From the NCBI GenBank assembly GCA_964016885.1, contig OZ024741.1, positions 80,600,001 to 80,664,000 of the forward strand: 64,000 bases of DNA. The letters run 5' to 3'. Positions 30,863-43,890 of the stretch are shown here, one piece after another. Numbering within the stretch: the stretch's first letter is position 1; each line of letters starts with the position of its first letter. The notes under the pieces were generated by a model. It had not been told where the DNA came from, did not search any database, and was given only the letters and a program-made list of their open reading frames with translations. The stretch is from Eledone cirrhosa (lineage: Eukaryota). The position numbers and the translations under genes were made by a program.

Positions 30863-31284
30863 ATCATCATCATCATCATCATTTTACGTCCGCTTTTCCC
30901 TGCTTGCAAGGGTGGGACGGGTCTTATTCAGCACAGCATCTCTCCACTCGTCACGGTCCCTCGTCATCTCCACCGTGAGCTTCAATGATCTGAGGTCTGT
31001 TCTCACCACCTCCGCCCATGTTTTTCGTGGTCTACCTCTACCACGTCTTCCTTCAACTGGCATTTCCTGGCACTTCTTCACCCATCGGTCATCCTCCATG
31101 CGCATCACATGTCCATACCACCTCAGTCTCCTCTCCCGTACACTACATTCTATCCGTCTCAGACACAGTTTCTCTCTCAACACATTTATGCTGGGTCGTT
31201 CACGCACATTTACACTGCACATCCAACGGAGCATGCTTGCCTTATTTCTCTCCAGCCGTCGCATATCCTCTGCAGTTGCTGCCC

Positions 31285-31286
<2 letters not shown>
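30863..31286 (-). mobile_element. RTE family C 3' fragment, with the stop codon directly abutting the (GAT)n tail
   Basis: [14 protein letters not shown]...[10 protein letters not shown]...GRGRPRKTW...ASREKRT stop, then tail. Confidence 0.88.
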
Positions 31287-31344
<58 letters not shown>

Positions 31345-31347
31345 GTG

Positions 31348-32500
31348 TCATCATCATCATCACCGTTTTAGGTCCGTTCTTCCACGCTAGCATGGGTTAG
31401 ACGGGTTGTCCTGTTGTGGGCAGTGTCTGGTCGGCCGACCATGCCTTGCTCATACAGGAACTGATCTGGCTTGATTTCTACAGCTGGATGCCCTTCCTAA
31501 CACCAACCTCATTTACAGTGAGTGCTGGGTGCTTCTTCGTGGCGCCTACACGTCCACTTTACAGTGTGGGCTGGGTGCTTTTTTTCCGTGGCACCTCCAC
31601 GACCACCTTGCGGTGGGGGGGGGGGGGGCATATTGTTTATATGCTTCAGCATGTACCCATGGGAGGTCGGGTACCCTGTATTACTGCGTGACGCCAGAAG
31701 TCACGGTCGTGTGTCATTGTCTTTGAGAGGTGTAATTGGGTAAGGTCGGCTTTTATCACCTCATCCCAAGTCATCTTGGGTCTCCCCACTCCGCGGTTTC
31801 CATCAACTTCTAGTGCTCTGCACCTTTTTATGCAGCTGTCATCCTTCATACGCATCACATGTCCATACCAGCACAACCGCCTCTCCTGCACACAGCATTT
31901 GATTCCTCTTATGTCTCTCTCTCAATTCCTCAGTCTCTCTCTCAATTCATTTATGCTTTGTCGTTCACGTATATTACTGTTACACATCCATCGGAGCATG
32001 CAGGCTTCGTTTTTCTCTAATCTACGCAAGTCTTCCACCTTCAGCGCCCAGGTCTCACTACCATGCAACATCGCTGTTCGGATACACGCATCATACAGTC
32101 TGCCTTTCATTCTGAGGGAGAAGCCTTTTGCAGCTAGCAGTGGTAGTAGTTCCCTAAACTTCTTCCATCCCGTTCTTACCCTAGTTATTGTACTTTCTGA
32201 ACACCCACCTCCGTTGCTAATTCGGTCACCTAGGCAGCAGAAGCTGTCTACTGTTTCTACAGGGCCCTCCCAGAGATTGGTGGTACTTGTTTCCTGTGGC
32301 TGTTTGCTGCTTGCTGTCTCAGCTCAGCTGCTGCATGTGAATCCTACATTATTAATTAAGCTTCCTGAGATCCCGCTACATCTCTTGTGTACCCATTGTT
32401 TGCATTTGGGGCAGAGAATGGAGTTCCTACATACTGAGCAAGGCCATTTCCCTGAGGGGATCTGGGTTCTGTTTTCTCGTCTACTTACAAGGACCTTAGT
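31348..32500 (-). mobile_element. 5'-truncated RTE family A copy
   Basis: Near-identical reverse complement of ~688-1830 with small indels. Confidence 0.92.
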
Positions 32501-32539
32501 GTGTATATATATATATATATATGTGTATATATATATATA

Positions 32540-32600
<61 letters not shown>

Positions 32601-32603
32601 GTG

Positions 32604-32716
<113 letters not shown>

Positions 32717-32825
32717 ATATATATATATAAATGAAATGAATGATATGTATATGTGTATGTGTATGTATATATATGTATATGTGTGTATATATACATATAT
32801 ATGTATGTGTATGTGTGTATATATG

Positions 32826-32858
<33 letters not shown>

Positions 32859-32863
32859 GTGTG

Positions 32864-32932
<69 letters not shown>

Positions 32933-32939
32933 ATATATG

Positions 32940-32972
<33 letters not shown>

Positions 32973-33085
32973 ATATATATGTATGTGTATATATATGTAT
33001 GTGTATATATATGTATGTATGTATATATGTATGTATGTATGTATATATATATGTACATACATATATATATATATATATATGTACA

Positions 33086-33207
33086 TACCAGAGTTTTCAA
33101 GTCGCTGGCTGGACTAAAACGTCACACTCGTTCAGCGTATCGGTAGGGGTTCTCTTACATGGATATAAAGTAGTGGCCATACTCGAAAACGAGTTGGCAG
33201 CCACCAT
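33086..33207 (+). mobile_element. Non-coding retro-element family N, shortest copy
   Basis: Same 3' end GAGTTGGCAGCCACCAT as the 33265 and 34211 copies. Confidence 0.75.
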
Positions 33208-33264
33208 GTATGTATGCATGCATGTTTGTATATATGTATGCATGTTTGTATGTATGTATGTATT

Positions 33265-33666
33265 CCGGGAGAGATGACCCCTTAGCCTTTGTCAAGGCAG
33301 AATTCTAGGAGAAGGAAAACTCTGATATAACACCTGCAATCCTGGTGGTATCCACTGATGTTGACTTGTTCTTTTTGGTAAATATCATCTTGGTTAAGAG
33401 AGTGGGACTGGCTTTGTGCAGTGCCTTTGCTCACTATAAAAGCTTCATGGTACAGGCATTGCTTTATATCTGGAGATCTCTCTGCACTTGTCGTCACATG
33501 GGCCTGGCACTATGTGTCAATAATTGTCACAAGTGTAGTGTTGGTACCAGAGTTTTCAAGTCGCTGGCTAGACTAAAAAGTCACACTCGTTCAGCGCATC
33601 AGTAGGGGTTCTCCTACATGGATATAAAGTAGTGGCCGTACTCGAAAACGAGTTGGCAGCCACCAT
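33265..33666 (+). mobile_element. Non-coding retro-element family N, 402-bp copy
   Basis: Close match to 34408-34820. Confidence 0.8.
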
Positions 33667-33813
33667 ATATATATGTATATGTGTATATATATATATATAT
33701 AATATATATAGATATATGTATGTGTGTATATATATATATAATAAATATAAATCAATATATATGATGAAACACAGATACCAACATATCTTTGTTTATATAT
33801 ATATATCTATGTA

Positions 33814-33934
<121 letters not shown>

Positions 33935-34165
33935 ATATATATATATATATATGTATGTATGTGTGTATATATATATATATGTATGTGTGTATATATATAT
34001 ATGTATGTATGTGTGTCTATATATATGTATGTATGTGTGTGTGTATATATATATATATGTATGTATGTGTGTGTGTATATATATATGTATGTGTGTGTGT
34101 GTGTGTGTATGTATGTGTGTGTGTATATATATATATGTATGTATGTGTGTGTATATATATATGTA

Positions 34166-34210
<45 letters not shown>

Positions 34211-34213
<3 letters not shown>

Positions 34214-34817
34214 AGGTCACCAGTTGGTGCTACTGGTAACATGTATCCCAGTACAACCTGTCCCATGGTCGGGTCGTTGGCGACTAAACTGGCAACCCCA
34301 CCAAGGTTTCTTGGTGAGGAGGGTGACTTTGGACATCCTGCAGGATTAAAAACAAAACCTGTCAAAAGGCAAAGGAGCTCTTAAGAGTCAATGGCCATCC
34401 AAAATCACCGGGAGAGATGACCCCTTAGCCTTTGTCAAGGCAGAATTCTAGGAGAAGGAAAACTCTGATATAACACCTGCAACCCTGATGGTTTCCAATG
34501 ATGTTGACTTGTTCTTCTTTTTGGTAAATATCATCTTGGTTAAGAGAGTGGGACTGGCTTTGTGCAGTGCCTTTGCTCTCTATAAAAGCTTCACGGCACA
34601 GGCATTGCTTTATATCTGGAGAACTCTCTGCACTTGTCATCACATGGTACCATGGGCCCAGCACTATGTGTCAATAATTGTCACAAGTGTAGTGTTTGTA
34701 CCAGAGTTTTCAAGTTGCTGGCTGGACTAAAAAGTCACACTCGTTCAGCGCATCGGTAGGGGTTCTCCTACATGGATATAAAGTAGTGGCCGTACTCGAA
34801 AACGAGTTGGCAGCCAC

Positions 34818-34820
<3 letters not shown>
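34211..34820 (+). mobile_element. Non-coding retro-element family N, longest copy; RTE-5'-UTR-like
   Basis: CTAGGAGAAGGAAAACTCTGA motif recalled from RTE 5' regions; TA-flanked; diverged relative at 61835-62267. Confidence 0.65.
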
Positions 34821-34852
<32 letters not shown>

Positions 34853-35460
34853 ATATATATATATATATGTATGTATGTGTCTATATATATATATGTATGT
34901 ATGTGTGTGTGTATATATGTATGTGTGTGTGTATATATGTATGTGTGTGTGTATATATGTATGTATGTGTGTATATATGTATGTGTGTGTATATATATAT
35001 ATATATGTATGTGTGTGTATATATATATATATATGTATGTATGTGTGTGTATATATATATATATATGTATGTGTGTGTATATATATATATATGTATGTAT
35101 GTGTGTGTATATATATATATATATGTATGTGTGTGTATATATATATATATATGTATGTATGTGTGTGTATATATATATATGTATGTATGTGTGTGTATAT
35201 ATATATATATATGTATGTGTGTGTATATATATATATATATGTATGTGTGTGTATCTATATATATATATATATATGTATGTGTCTATATATATATATATAT
35301 ATGTATGTGTCTATATATATATAGATATATGTATGTATGTGTGTGTATATATATATATGTATGTATGTGTGTGTATATATATATATATATACGTATGTAT
35401 GTGTGTGTGTATATATACATATATGTATGTGTGTGTATATATGTATGTATGTGTGTATAT

Positions 35461-36060
35461 GATCAGTGTATACTGATTAATGTTGAGAGCCATCCTCAGC
35501 ATTCTCGTGTAGCACCCATCCACCATCTGAGGTTGTTTCTTGGTCAGTGTCTAAGTCTCAGACCCATAAAGCAGCATAGACTCCACTACAGCAACGAAGA
35601 GACGGATCTTCTGGTCTTTACGAAGGTCTGATCTCAAACTGTGGCAAGCCGCCCACGCTTTGCTCTTTCTCTCGACCACATCATCTTCCGTATTCCCGAA
35701 CTTTGCGCCCAAACACAGCAAGTCGTGAAGCAATTCTAGCGGCTTCCCGCCTACATTAGAACTCGGAGCTGTATGGGAGCCTCCCAAAAGTCAGCTCGAC
35801 AGTGACACAGAGGAGACTGAGGTTAGCTGGACATGCTCACCGACATCCAGAGTTGACAATCCAGTGTTCCTGTGGGAGCCCCTGCATGGACACACTGGAA
35901 GAGGAAGACCCGAAGTTAACATATGTTGATGCCCCAAGGACCGACACTGGTCTCTTGGAGACGTAGGACATGGCAGCGATAATGTGGGACAGACACCACT
36001 GGAGAGAACTCGTCCATGGATCTCGGGAATTTTACCTGCCCTAGGTAGATATCATCATCG
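35461..36060 (+). mobile_element. RTE-like family D fragment with inverted 5' part
   Basis: Minus 35461-35770 encodes ..[25 protein letters not shown]; plus 35770-36045 encodes the following LYGSLPKVSSTVTQRRLRLAGH..GRGRP. Confidence 0.78.
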
Positions 36061-36090
36061 TGGATGTTAAACAATGATGATGATGATTAC

Positions 36091-36144
<54 letters not shown>

Positions 36145-36146
<2 letters not shown>

Positions 36147-36267
36147 ATTATGTAATAAACAACATTAGACAATTATTCCATTTACCAAAGGTTTCACAGA
36201 CAGACAAGCTCAACAGAGACATCTTGGTAAATGGAATAATTGTCTTATGTTGTTTATTACATAATTA
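36145..36267. repeat. 44-bp inverted repeat with ~35-nt spacer
   Basis: TAATTATGTAATAAACAACATTAGACAATTATTCCATTTACCAA and its reverse complement (1 mismatch). Confidence 0.85.
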
Positions 36268-36449
36268 CATGGCTCTGAAACTACATAGAGAACTCTCCTT
36301 TCCTTTACCATTCCTACGGAAATATTTCATATGTATATATAATAGAATTAGGATTTAGCTTGATGCATAGCTGTATTCAGATAAATATCGGAATTTCGTA
36401 TTTCTAAAGAAATACTGTATGTTTATAAGAAACATTTAGAAAGCCGTAA

Positions 36450-36828
36450 CTATGCAAAAGACCGGGGCTATCGTCCTTTGGTGGTGTCTAGCAGAAGCAA
36501 GTGGGACATTCGTCGATGCATTTCGAACTTATCAGGTTCTCATCATTACAATCCCTCCCACTCTTGCGACTGCTGGACTTGAAAACAGGCGAGAATTATA
36601 TGGTTTTCTAGTCTGTATAAATGAGGTGATTAATCTCATTTGCGTATAAGGCTGCATAAGTTGGCTCAACTTCTCTATATATATATATATATAGAAGTTG
36701 AGCCAACTTATGCAGCCTCATACGCAAATGAGATTAATCACCTCATTTATACAGACTAGAAAACCATATAATTCTCGCCTGTTTTCAAGTCCAGCAGTCG
36801 CAAGAGTGGGAGGGATTGTAATGAGAAC
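36450..36828 (-). mobile_element. Fold-back element P4 (~138-bp arms around a (TA)n loop) with degenerate hammerhead motif at 36508-36552
   Basis: 36536-36674 vs 36693-36828; minus strand AUGAUGA-GAAC(cugauaa)GUUC-GAAA-UGCA-UC. Confidence 0.65.
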
Positions 36829-36858
36829 ATATATATATATATATATATATATAAATGT

Positions 36859-36950
36859 CTTCTACAGGACTAGAACTATTTCATTCGAATGAAATCATTA
36901 GGAAAGCCTGATGATTTCCTTCGAATGAAGCAGTTCTAGTCCTGTAGAAG
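36859..36950. repeat. 92-nt hairpin (44-bp arms, AAAG loop)
   Basis: CTTCTACAGGACTAGAACT...ATCATTAGG-AAAG-CCTGATGAT...AGTTCTAGTCCTGTAGAAG. Confidence 0.85.
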
Positions 36951-37146
36951 CTATTCCTATATTAAAATTTTAAACTCTGCTATGTATTGAGTACCTTACT
37001 TACTGCGGTTACCTCGATTGAACCTGGGATGCGCGCGCGCGTGCACACACACACACACACACACAAAAAAAATTGTTTCTTCAAAGGTGTGTTATATGCA
37101 TATGTGTAAGTATACATACATACATACATACATTCATACATATGTG

Positions 37147-37208
<62 letters not shown>

Positions 37209-38217
37209 GCTGTTTATCAAAAGGTGTGCTACCTGTGACCAGTTTTACTTTTTATTTTTTATATTTTATTTCTTTTTTTTAGATGAGCCAAAGTGATCAA
37301 GAGACCAAGTCTAAAGTGACTTAGGATTTCCCTCTCGGTATGCATTGGCTTCAGACTACACTATTCCTGCTGGAAGAAGTCTGCTCTAGAAATATAATAG
37401 TTTTATTAAAATAGACAGACATCAATTATATATTCTAGTGGATTTAGGCTTAAATGATTACAAATAAAATTCTATGTGTTTTTGCATTTATTTTGTTGTA
37501 TTATTTTCACAATATTTCTATATTTTTTTCTGAATTAATTTTATATAAATTCCTCTGGAAGATGCAAATAATAGATCATGATCTGCTTGTATAGTTCATT
37601 GGACAGGGATATACAGAAGGTCTCTTATCTAGATGACAGAATTACTATAGTGGACTTATTTATTGTTTTTTATAAGTCTCTGCCAAATGTTTATTTCCGT
37701 TATAAATAAATCTTCACTACCTCTTGTCTTTCCCAAGACCATACGTTTGTTACATTTTGTTTGATTTTTTTTTTTTTTACATAAAAAGCACATGTTATTA
37801 TTCAATTAATTTTAAGTACCTAACAGAGTAAGAATCCATATATAATAATTTACAATGTTTTTTTATTTGCTGTCACACAAATGAGGTATTGTGGAAGTAG
37901 GAGGCTGTCAAAGAATAGTGTTTGAGTGACAGTAGAAGAATGAAAATATGTGTGAGTGAGAGAATAGAATTGAGAGCGAGTTGCAGTGAGAGTTTTGAGA
38001 GTGAACAAAAGGTAACATGATTAAAAGGAAAGCTCAGACAGTACAATTAATCAAGTTTTTTTATAAGAGTATAACTTCTCAGAAGTTGTTATACATTTAA
38101 ATAAATAAATAAATAATTTAATTCTCAATTTTTAAAAATATACATTACATAATACATCCATTATTTTTATGTCCATTTTTCCATGCTTGCATGGGTTAGA
38201 TGAGTTTTCTCCAATGC

Positions 38218-38472
38218 ACATCCCTCCATTACATCATGATTATCATTTAAAATCTGCATGCCCTACATGTAGGACAGAACAAAGGAGAGACACTAAATAA
38301 CAAATTGGTCACTGAGGAGATCACAGAATGTGTGACAAATGGGCTTTGACAACAAACAAATAAACAACCATCTGGTTATTAAACTAACCAACTGGAAATC
38401 TATGTGAAGTGAAAACCAACAGGTGTGTGTGATTTTATTGGCAGCATAACCCCTCTTAAAGTATAACAATAT
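38218..38472 (+). mobile_element. Old single-arm copy of family P3 with decayed hammerhead (38308-38350)
   Basis: GTCA-CTGAGGA-GATCACAGAATGTGTGAC-aaat-GGGC-TT-TGAC; ends AAAGTATAACAAT. Confidence 0.65.
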
Positions 38473-38479
38473 ATATGTA

Positions 38480-38516
<37 letters not shown>

Positions 38517-38517
38517 G

Positions 38518-39312
38518 AGCAAGACATGGTCACCTGACCTGGCATTGCTCACAACAAGACAACTCGTCTAACCCATACAGGTGACCATGTCTTGCTCATA
38601 CAGAACTGATTTTGGCTTGGTTTCTACAGCTGGATGCTCTTCCTAATGCCAACCTCATTTACAGTGAGTACTGGGTGCTTTTTGTCATGACACCTACACG
38701 ACCACTTTACAGTGTGGACTGGGTGCTTTTTGTCATGATACCTACATGACCACTTTACATTGTGGGCTGGGTGCTTTTTTTCTGTGTCGCCATCACGACC
38801 ACTTTACAGTGTGGAGTGGGCGATTTTTGTCGTGTTGCCATCATGAGCATTTACAGTGTGAGCTGGAGGTTTCACTGGATGTATACTTCAGCCTGTCCTC
38901 ATGGGAGGGTGGGGAGTGGTGAAGTTGTGCATACTGTATATATACTTCAGCTTTGACCTGTGCCTGTGGGAAGTTAGGGTCTTCTGTATTACTGAGTAAT
39001 GCCAGAGATCTCGGTCCTGTGTCATCACATTTGAGAGGTGCAATTGGGCAAGGTTAGCTTTTATCAATTCATCCCAAGGGTCTCCCCACTCCAAGGCTTT
39101 CATTGACTTTGAGAGTTCTGCAACTTTTTATACAGCTGTCATCCTTCATCTCCTCTCCTGCACACTGCATCTGATTCCTCTTATGCCTAGTTTCTTTGAC
39201 AGTTCATTTATGCTTTGCCGTTCACGTATATTACTATTACACATCCATCAGAGCATGCAAGCTTCATTTCTTTCCCATCTATACAAGACTTCTTCACACA
39301 GCTCCCAGGTCT
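38518..39312 (-). mobile_element. Decayed RTE family A-related 3' fragment with a short inverted piece at 38518-38580
   Basis: WDELIKANLAQLHLSNVMTQDRDLWHYSVIQKT; 3' UTR repeats CCACTTTACAGTGTG. Confidence 0.75.
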
Positions 39313-39650
39313 ATCATTTCATTTTTCATTTCATTTCACGTCCGCATCTCCCTGCTTGCAAGGGTGGAACAGCAACTGATTCTGGCTTGATTTCTACAGC
39401 TGGATGCCCTTCCTAACACCAACCTCATTTACAGTGAGTGCTGGGTGCTTTTTTGCTGTGGCACCTCCACGACCACTCTGCAGTGGAATGATATGGACCC
39501 CAGTCCCTATCATCTCATTTCTACAACTGAGTAAACTGGAGCAATGTGAAATAAAGTGTCTTGCTCAAGGAAACAACACATCACTCGGTCTGAGAATTGA
39601 ACTCACAACCTTTCGATTGCAAGGCCAATGCTCTAACCACTATTGGCCTT
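39313..39650 (-). mobile_element. tRNA-head SINE with RTE-derived tail
   Basis: Close match to 50124-50465. Confidence 0.75.
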
Positions 39651-39779
39651 ATGCATATATACAAATATAAATATATATACATATATACCATATATACTAT
39701 ATATGTATATATGGTATATGTGTGTATATATATATGTATATATGGTATATGTGTGTATATATATATATATGTATATATG

Positions 39780-39813
<34 letters not shown>

Positions 39814-39872
39814 GTGTATATATATATATATATTTGTGTATATATATATATATATATTTGTGTATATATATA

Positions 39873-40302
39873 TGGACTGAGACCTTTGGCGGTACTCAGT
39901 AACAGAGAAGACCCGCCTTACCTAAATACATAGTAAAACCTACTACAGCCAGTAGGCATCTCTAACAAAATACCCCCCCCCCCCCCCATCCACACCACCC
40001 CGTTCTATGTAAAGTTATGTTGGTGCCACACCATCCAGGCCGAAACAAATGAGATCGTGTAGGTGTCACGACAAAAAAACACACAGTCCACGCTGTAATG
40101 TGGCCGTGTAGGCAACACAGTAAAAACCTCCCAGACCCACACTGTAAATGTGGTTGGTGTTAGGAAGGGCATCCAACTGTAGAAAACCTGCCAGACAGTC
40201 CTATGCGAGCAAGACAATCACTCTTGCCTCAAGTGGGACTACCCCCGTCCAAACCCATGCAAGTGTGGAACACGGACGTTAAACGTTGATGATGATGATG
40301 AT
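39873..40302 (+). mobile_element. RTE family B 3' fragment
   Basis: ORF end, 3' UTR and (GAT)n. Confidence 0.9.
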
Positions 40303-40667
40303 ATATTTGTGTATATATATATATATATATATTTGTGTATATATATATATATGTAGGAGGTGAGTTTTATTGTAGTACAATGCGCATAATAAAATACATG
40401 GAACTCTTTTAACCATCTTTTGTTATATATTATATATATATATATGTGTATATATGTGTAAATATATGTGTGTATATATATGTGTATATATATGTGTCTA
40501 TATATATATGTGTGTGTATATGTGTGTGTGTATATATGTGTGTATATGTGTGTGTGTATATATGTATATATATGTGTGTGTGTATATATGTATATATATA
40601 TATGTGTGTGCATATATATGTGTATATATATATATGTGTGTGCATATATATGTGTATATATATATAT

Positions 40668-41380
40668 AAAATACAATATGTTGAAAAGGTAACACACTAG
40701 AAATATACAGTGCGCTATCAATAAAACAGGGAAAAAACCACCAGTGTATGGAATCTATAACCTATGAAAGGTAGACTATAGACACGATAATTAAAAATAT
40801 ATATTAAAGCGTAAATAAATACCTCTATAACTATATTTATCGTGATATTTTGCTACTTATAACAGTCTTTCCTATCTCTCTGTTTGGTTGAGCACACTTC
40901 TCTGAGTGGTTTTGGGCTGCCCTTTCTAGCAGCTCGTCCCTCAGAGGCCACTGGTTCACTGCCCTTAAACACGCTGTGACTTCTCTCTCCCACGTGTAAC
41001 TGGACAGTCACTTTTAAAATTCTCTTAGTGTTGTCTGAAATCTATAGCCTTACACATGCTGAGGAACCGGGGTTATTCCATTTCCGTCAACAACATACTG
41101 GCGAAACAGATCTCTTTGCATTTGTACATGTGTTATATAGTTATAGAGGTATTTATTTACGCTTTAATTTATATTTTTAATTATCGTGTCTATAGTCTGC
41201 CTTTCATAGGTTATAGATTCCATACACTGGTGGTTTTTTCCCCTGTTTTATTGATACCGCACTGTATATCTCTAGTGTGTTACCTTTTCAACATATTGTA
41301 TTTTAAAGAGCTCAGGATTTTTTCTCCTTTGAGCACATTATTTACAGGGAATGGCGAGGGCCTATGGCTCCGTTAATTTA
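40668..41380 (+). mobile_element. Fold-back element P5 (PLE-like): ~168-bp inverted arms (40668-40836 / 41135-41303) and ~300-bp spacer
   Basis: Arms are reverse complements; hammerhead immediately before the right arm; TA flanks. Confidence 0.72.
41052..41133 (+). ncRNA. Full-length type I hammerhead motif, GUA cleavage triplet
   Basis: ACACATG-CTGAGGA-ACCGG..CTGGC-GAAA-CAGAT(ctctttgc)ATTTG-TA-CATGTGT; first helix II pair is an A-C mismatch. Confidence 0.72.
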
Positions 41381-41383
41381 TCG

Positions 41384-41426
<43 letters not shown>

Positions 41427-41482
41427 CGTATATATGTATATATATGTGTGCGTATATGTGTATATATATGTGTATACATATG

Positions 41483-41516
<34 letters not shown>

Positions 41517-41518
41517 CA

Positions 41519-43890
41519 CATTTTTCTTCCATTTCTCCACTCCATTTCATTCCTTAGTCCACCCATCCGACAATTCTCTAGCATTTTCTCTTCCCCGAAT
41601 CCAATCTTTGCCTCGCTACTCGTCACTCTATCGTATTTTCCAAAACAAATCCTGTATTTTTGTCGTATTTTCCAAAACAAATCTTATATTTTTGTTAATG
41701 CTTGTTAAATTATGCTCAAATACGAGGATCTTATTCAAAACCTTACCTTCTCGCTAACAACTCAACATCCCTCCTGCCCACCCCCACGCACCACCATTAT
41801 TATTACGTGGACCAATCATAAGTCAGAGGCCTATGCTCTCGCTTACCTGGTTGCCTTTCGATATGATGGATGGATGGACTACGGAATTCTGGAGAGTTGA
41901 AGAGAGAGAAATCTGGACGTTCAGCGACAATGCCAAAGATAAAGACAAATTCACCTCGTGGACGAGAATGCGAGCACTCCTCCTCATTGTTTCGGCCGCG
42001 GATGGCTAACATAACCCCATCACCCCACGCGCCCCACCGCTCCCACTCTCCAAATGCAATCCAAAACTTCAGAGTTGGTACAATGAATGTAGGCACCTTA
42101 AAGGGTTGCTCTAACGAGGTTGTAGAAATGCTTGAACGTAAGGAGGTCGATGTCTATTGTATTCAAGAGACCAGGTGGAGGGGTGGATCTGCTAGATTCA
42201 TTGTGGGTAAAAAACGATGCTATAAGCTTTTCTGGGTGGGAAATGACAATGGTCTGGGTGGAGTAGGAATCATGGTAGCAGAAAAGTGGGCAGATAAGAT
42301 AATAGACGTAAATAGAGTGAGCGACAGCATAATTAAAATAAGACTTGTCCTCAATAGAACTACGGTGACAGTAATATTTGCGTACGCACCCCAATCCGGA
42401 CTGCCCGGCACTATAAAAGACAGATTCTATGAGTCACTGATGCTCACTACCTCCCAAATAACCGACGGTGACTATATAATTATTGCAGGCGACCTAAATG
42501 GTCACGTTGGACAACATTGTGACGGCTACGACGGAATCCATGGAGGCTATAGGTTTGGTACTAGAAATGAGTAAGGCTCCAGAATCCTGGAATTCTGTGA
42601 CGCAAATAACCTAACTGTCTGTAACACTAACTTCAAAAAACGTGACAATCACCTGATCACCTATAGATCGGGGGAACACACAAGCCAGGTAGATTATATC
42701 CTTACCAGAAGACGTGACAGTGTCTGTTGTAAACACTAAATCCCTCCCCCATGAAGAATGCACCTCCCAACATAGACTGATAATTAGCGACCTAATAGTC
42801 AGGACGAGACGTACTAGACAGCAGAAGAGGACTATCCTCGGGAGAAAAATATGGAAGCTAAAGGACCCACAGCCAGATATAAATTTAAAAGCATACTACT
42901 TGATGCTTTCGACAGTAAGGAAGAGCAATTAGAGTTGTACAATATAGAGGAACAGTGGGAATTCCTGAAAGCAAACCTGCTGATGGCGGCAGACGAAGTC
43001 TGTGGCTGGAGCAGGCCTGTAGGCAGGAGGAGAGTAACATGGTGGTGGAACAGTAAGGTGGAGGGGTCAATTAAGGCCAAAAAGCAGGCTTGGAAAGTAT
43101 GGCGGGATGGGGGAAGTAGAGAAGACTATCAAGTGGCCAGGAGGGAAGCTAGGAGACAAGTATACTTCGCAAGAAGGAAAGCAGAGGAAAGAAAGTTCAA
43201 GCATGTTCTACAATGCGAGGACCAAAAACGTGAGGTGTTCAGGATTGCTAGGCAATGTGTCAAGGAAAACCGTGATATTGTCAGGGAGAAGTGTGTCCGT
43301 AATGATGATGTGTACTTGCCATCACTGACGCTGATAAGAAGGTAGCTTGGAAGTGTCACTACGAAAGGCTACTAAATGAGGAGAATAAATGGGAGAAAGA
43401 CAGTCTCCCCCAGATCGATCCAATAGAGGGACCAGCAGTGCAAGTTGAAGGTAGTATAATAAGTAAGGTAATCAAAGTTATGAAGACGGGCAAGGCGGCT
43501 GGGCCTTCGGAAATAGTTGCTGAGATGCTGAAGGCATCTGGAACGGTGGGACACACCATGGTCACCCGGATAGTTAACCAAGTCGTACAGAATGGGGTTG
43601 TTCCAAAGGACTGGCGTAGCAGCATCATCTTTAACTGATACAAGGGTAAAGGAGATGCCCTAGATAGGGGTAACTATAGAGGCATTAAATTAATCGACCA
43701 GGTCATGAAGGTCACAGAAAAAGTAATAGCGCAACTAATCGGAGAGCGAATTGATCTAGATGAAATGCAGTTCGGGTTTGTGTCAGGTAAAAGTACCACA
43801 GACGCTTTTTTCATTGTACGACAACTACAGGAAAAGTACCTAGCTAAAAGTAAACCCCTATACTTAGCTTTTGTTGACTTGGAAAAAGCC
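41519..43890 (+). mobile_element. 5' half of RTE family B LINE (putative 5' UTR, AP endonuclease, linker, RT N-terminus); stops and frameshifts; 3'-truncated
   Basis: VGTMNVGTL, CIQETRW, AYAPQSG, IAGDLNGHVG, VDYIL, TSQHRL; TWWWN; overlaps 23758 copy from ~43288. Confidence 0.92.

Noticed and set aside
37283-37337. Short exon candidate after a T-rich acceptor
   Set aside because: Splice-like signals are common in AT-rich DNA, and there is no supporting homology
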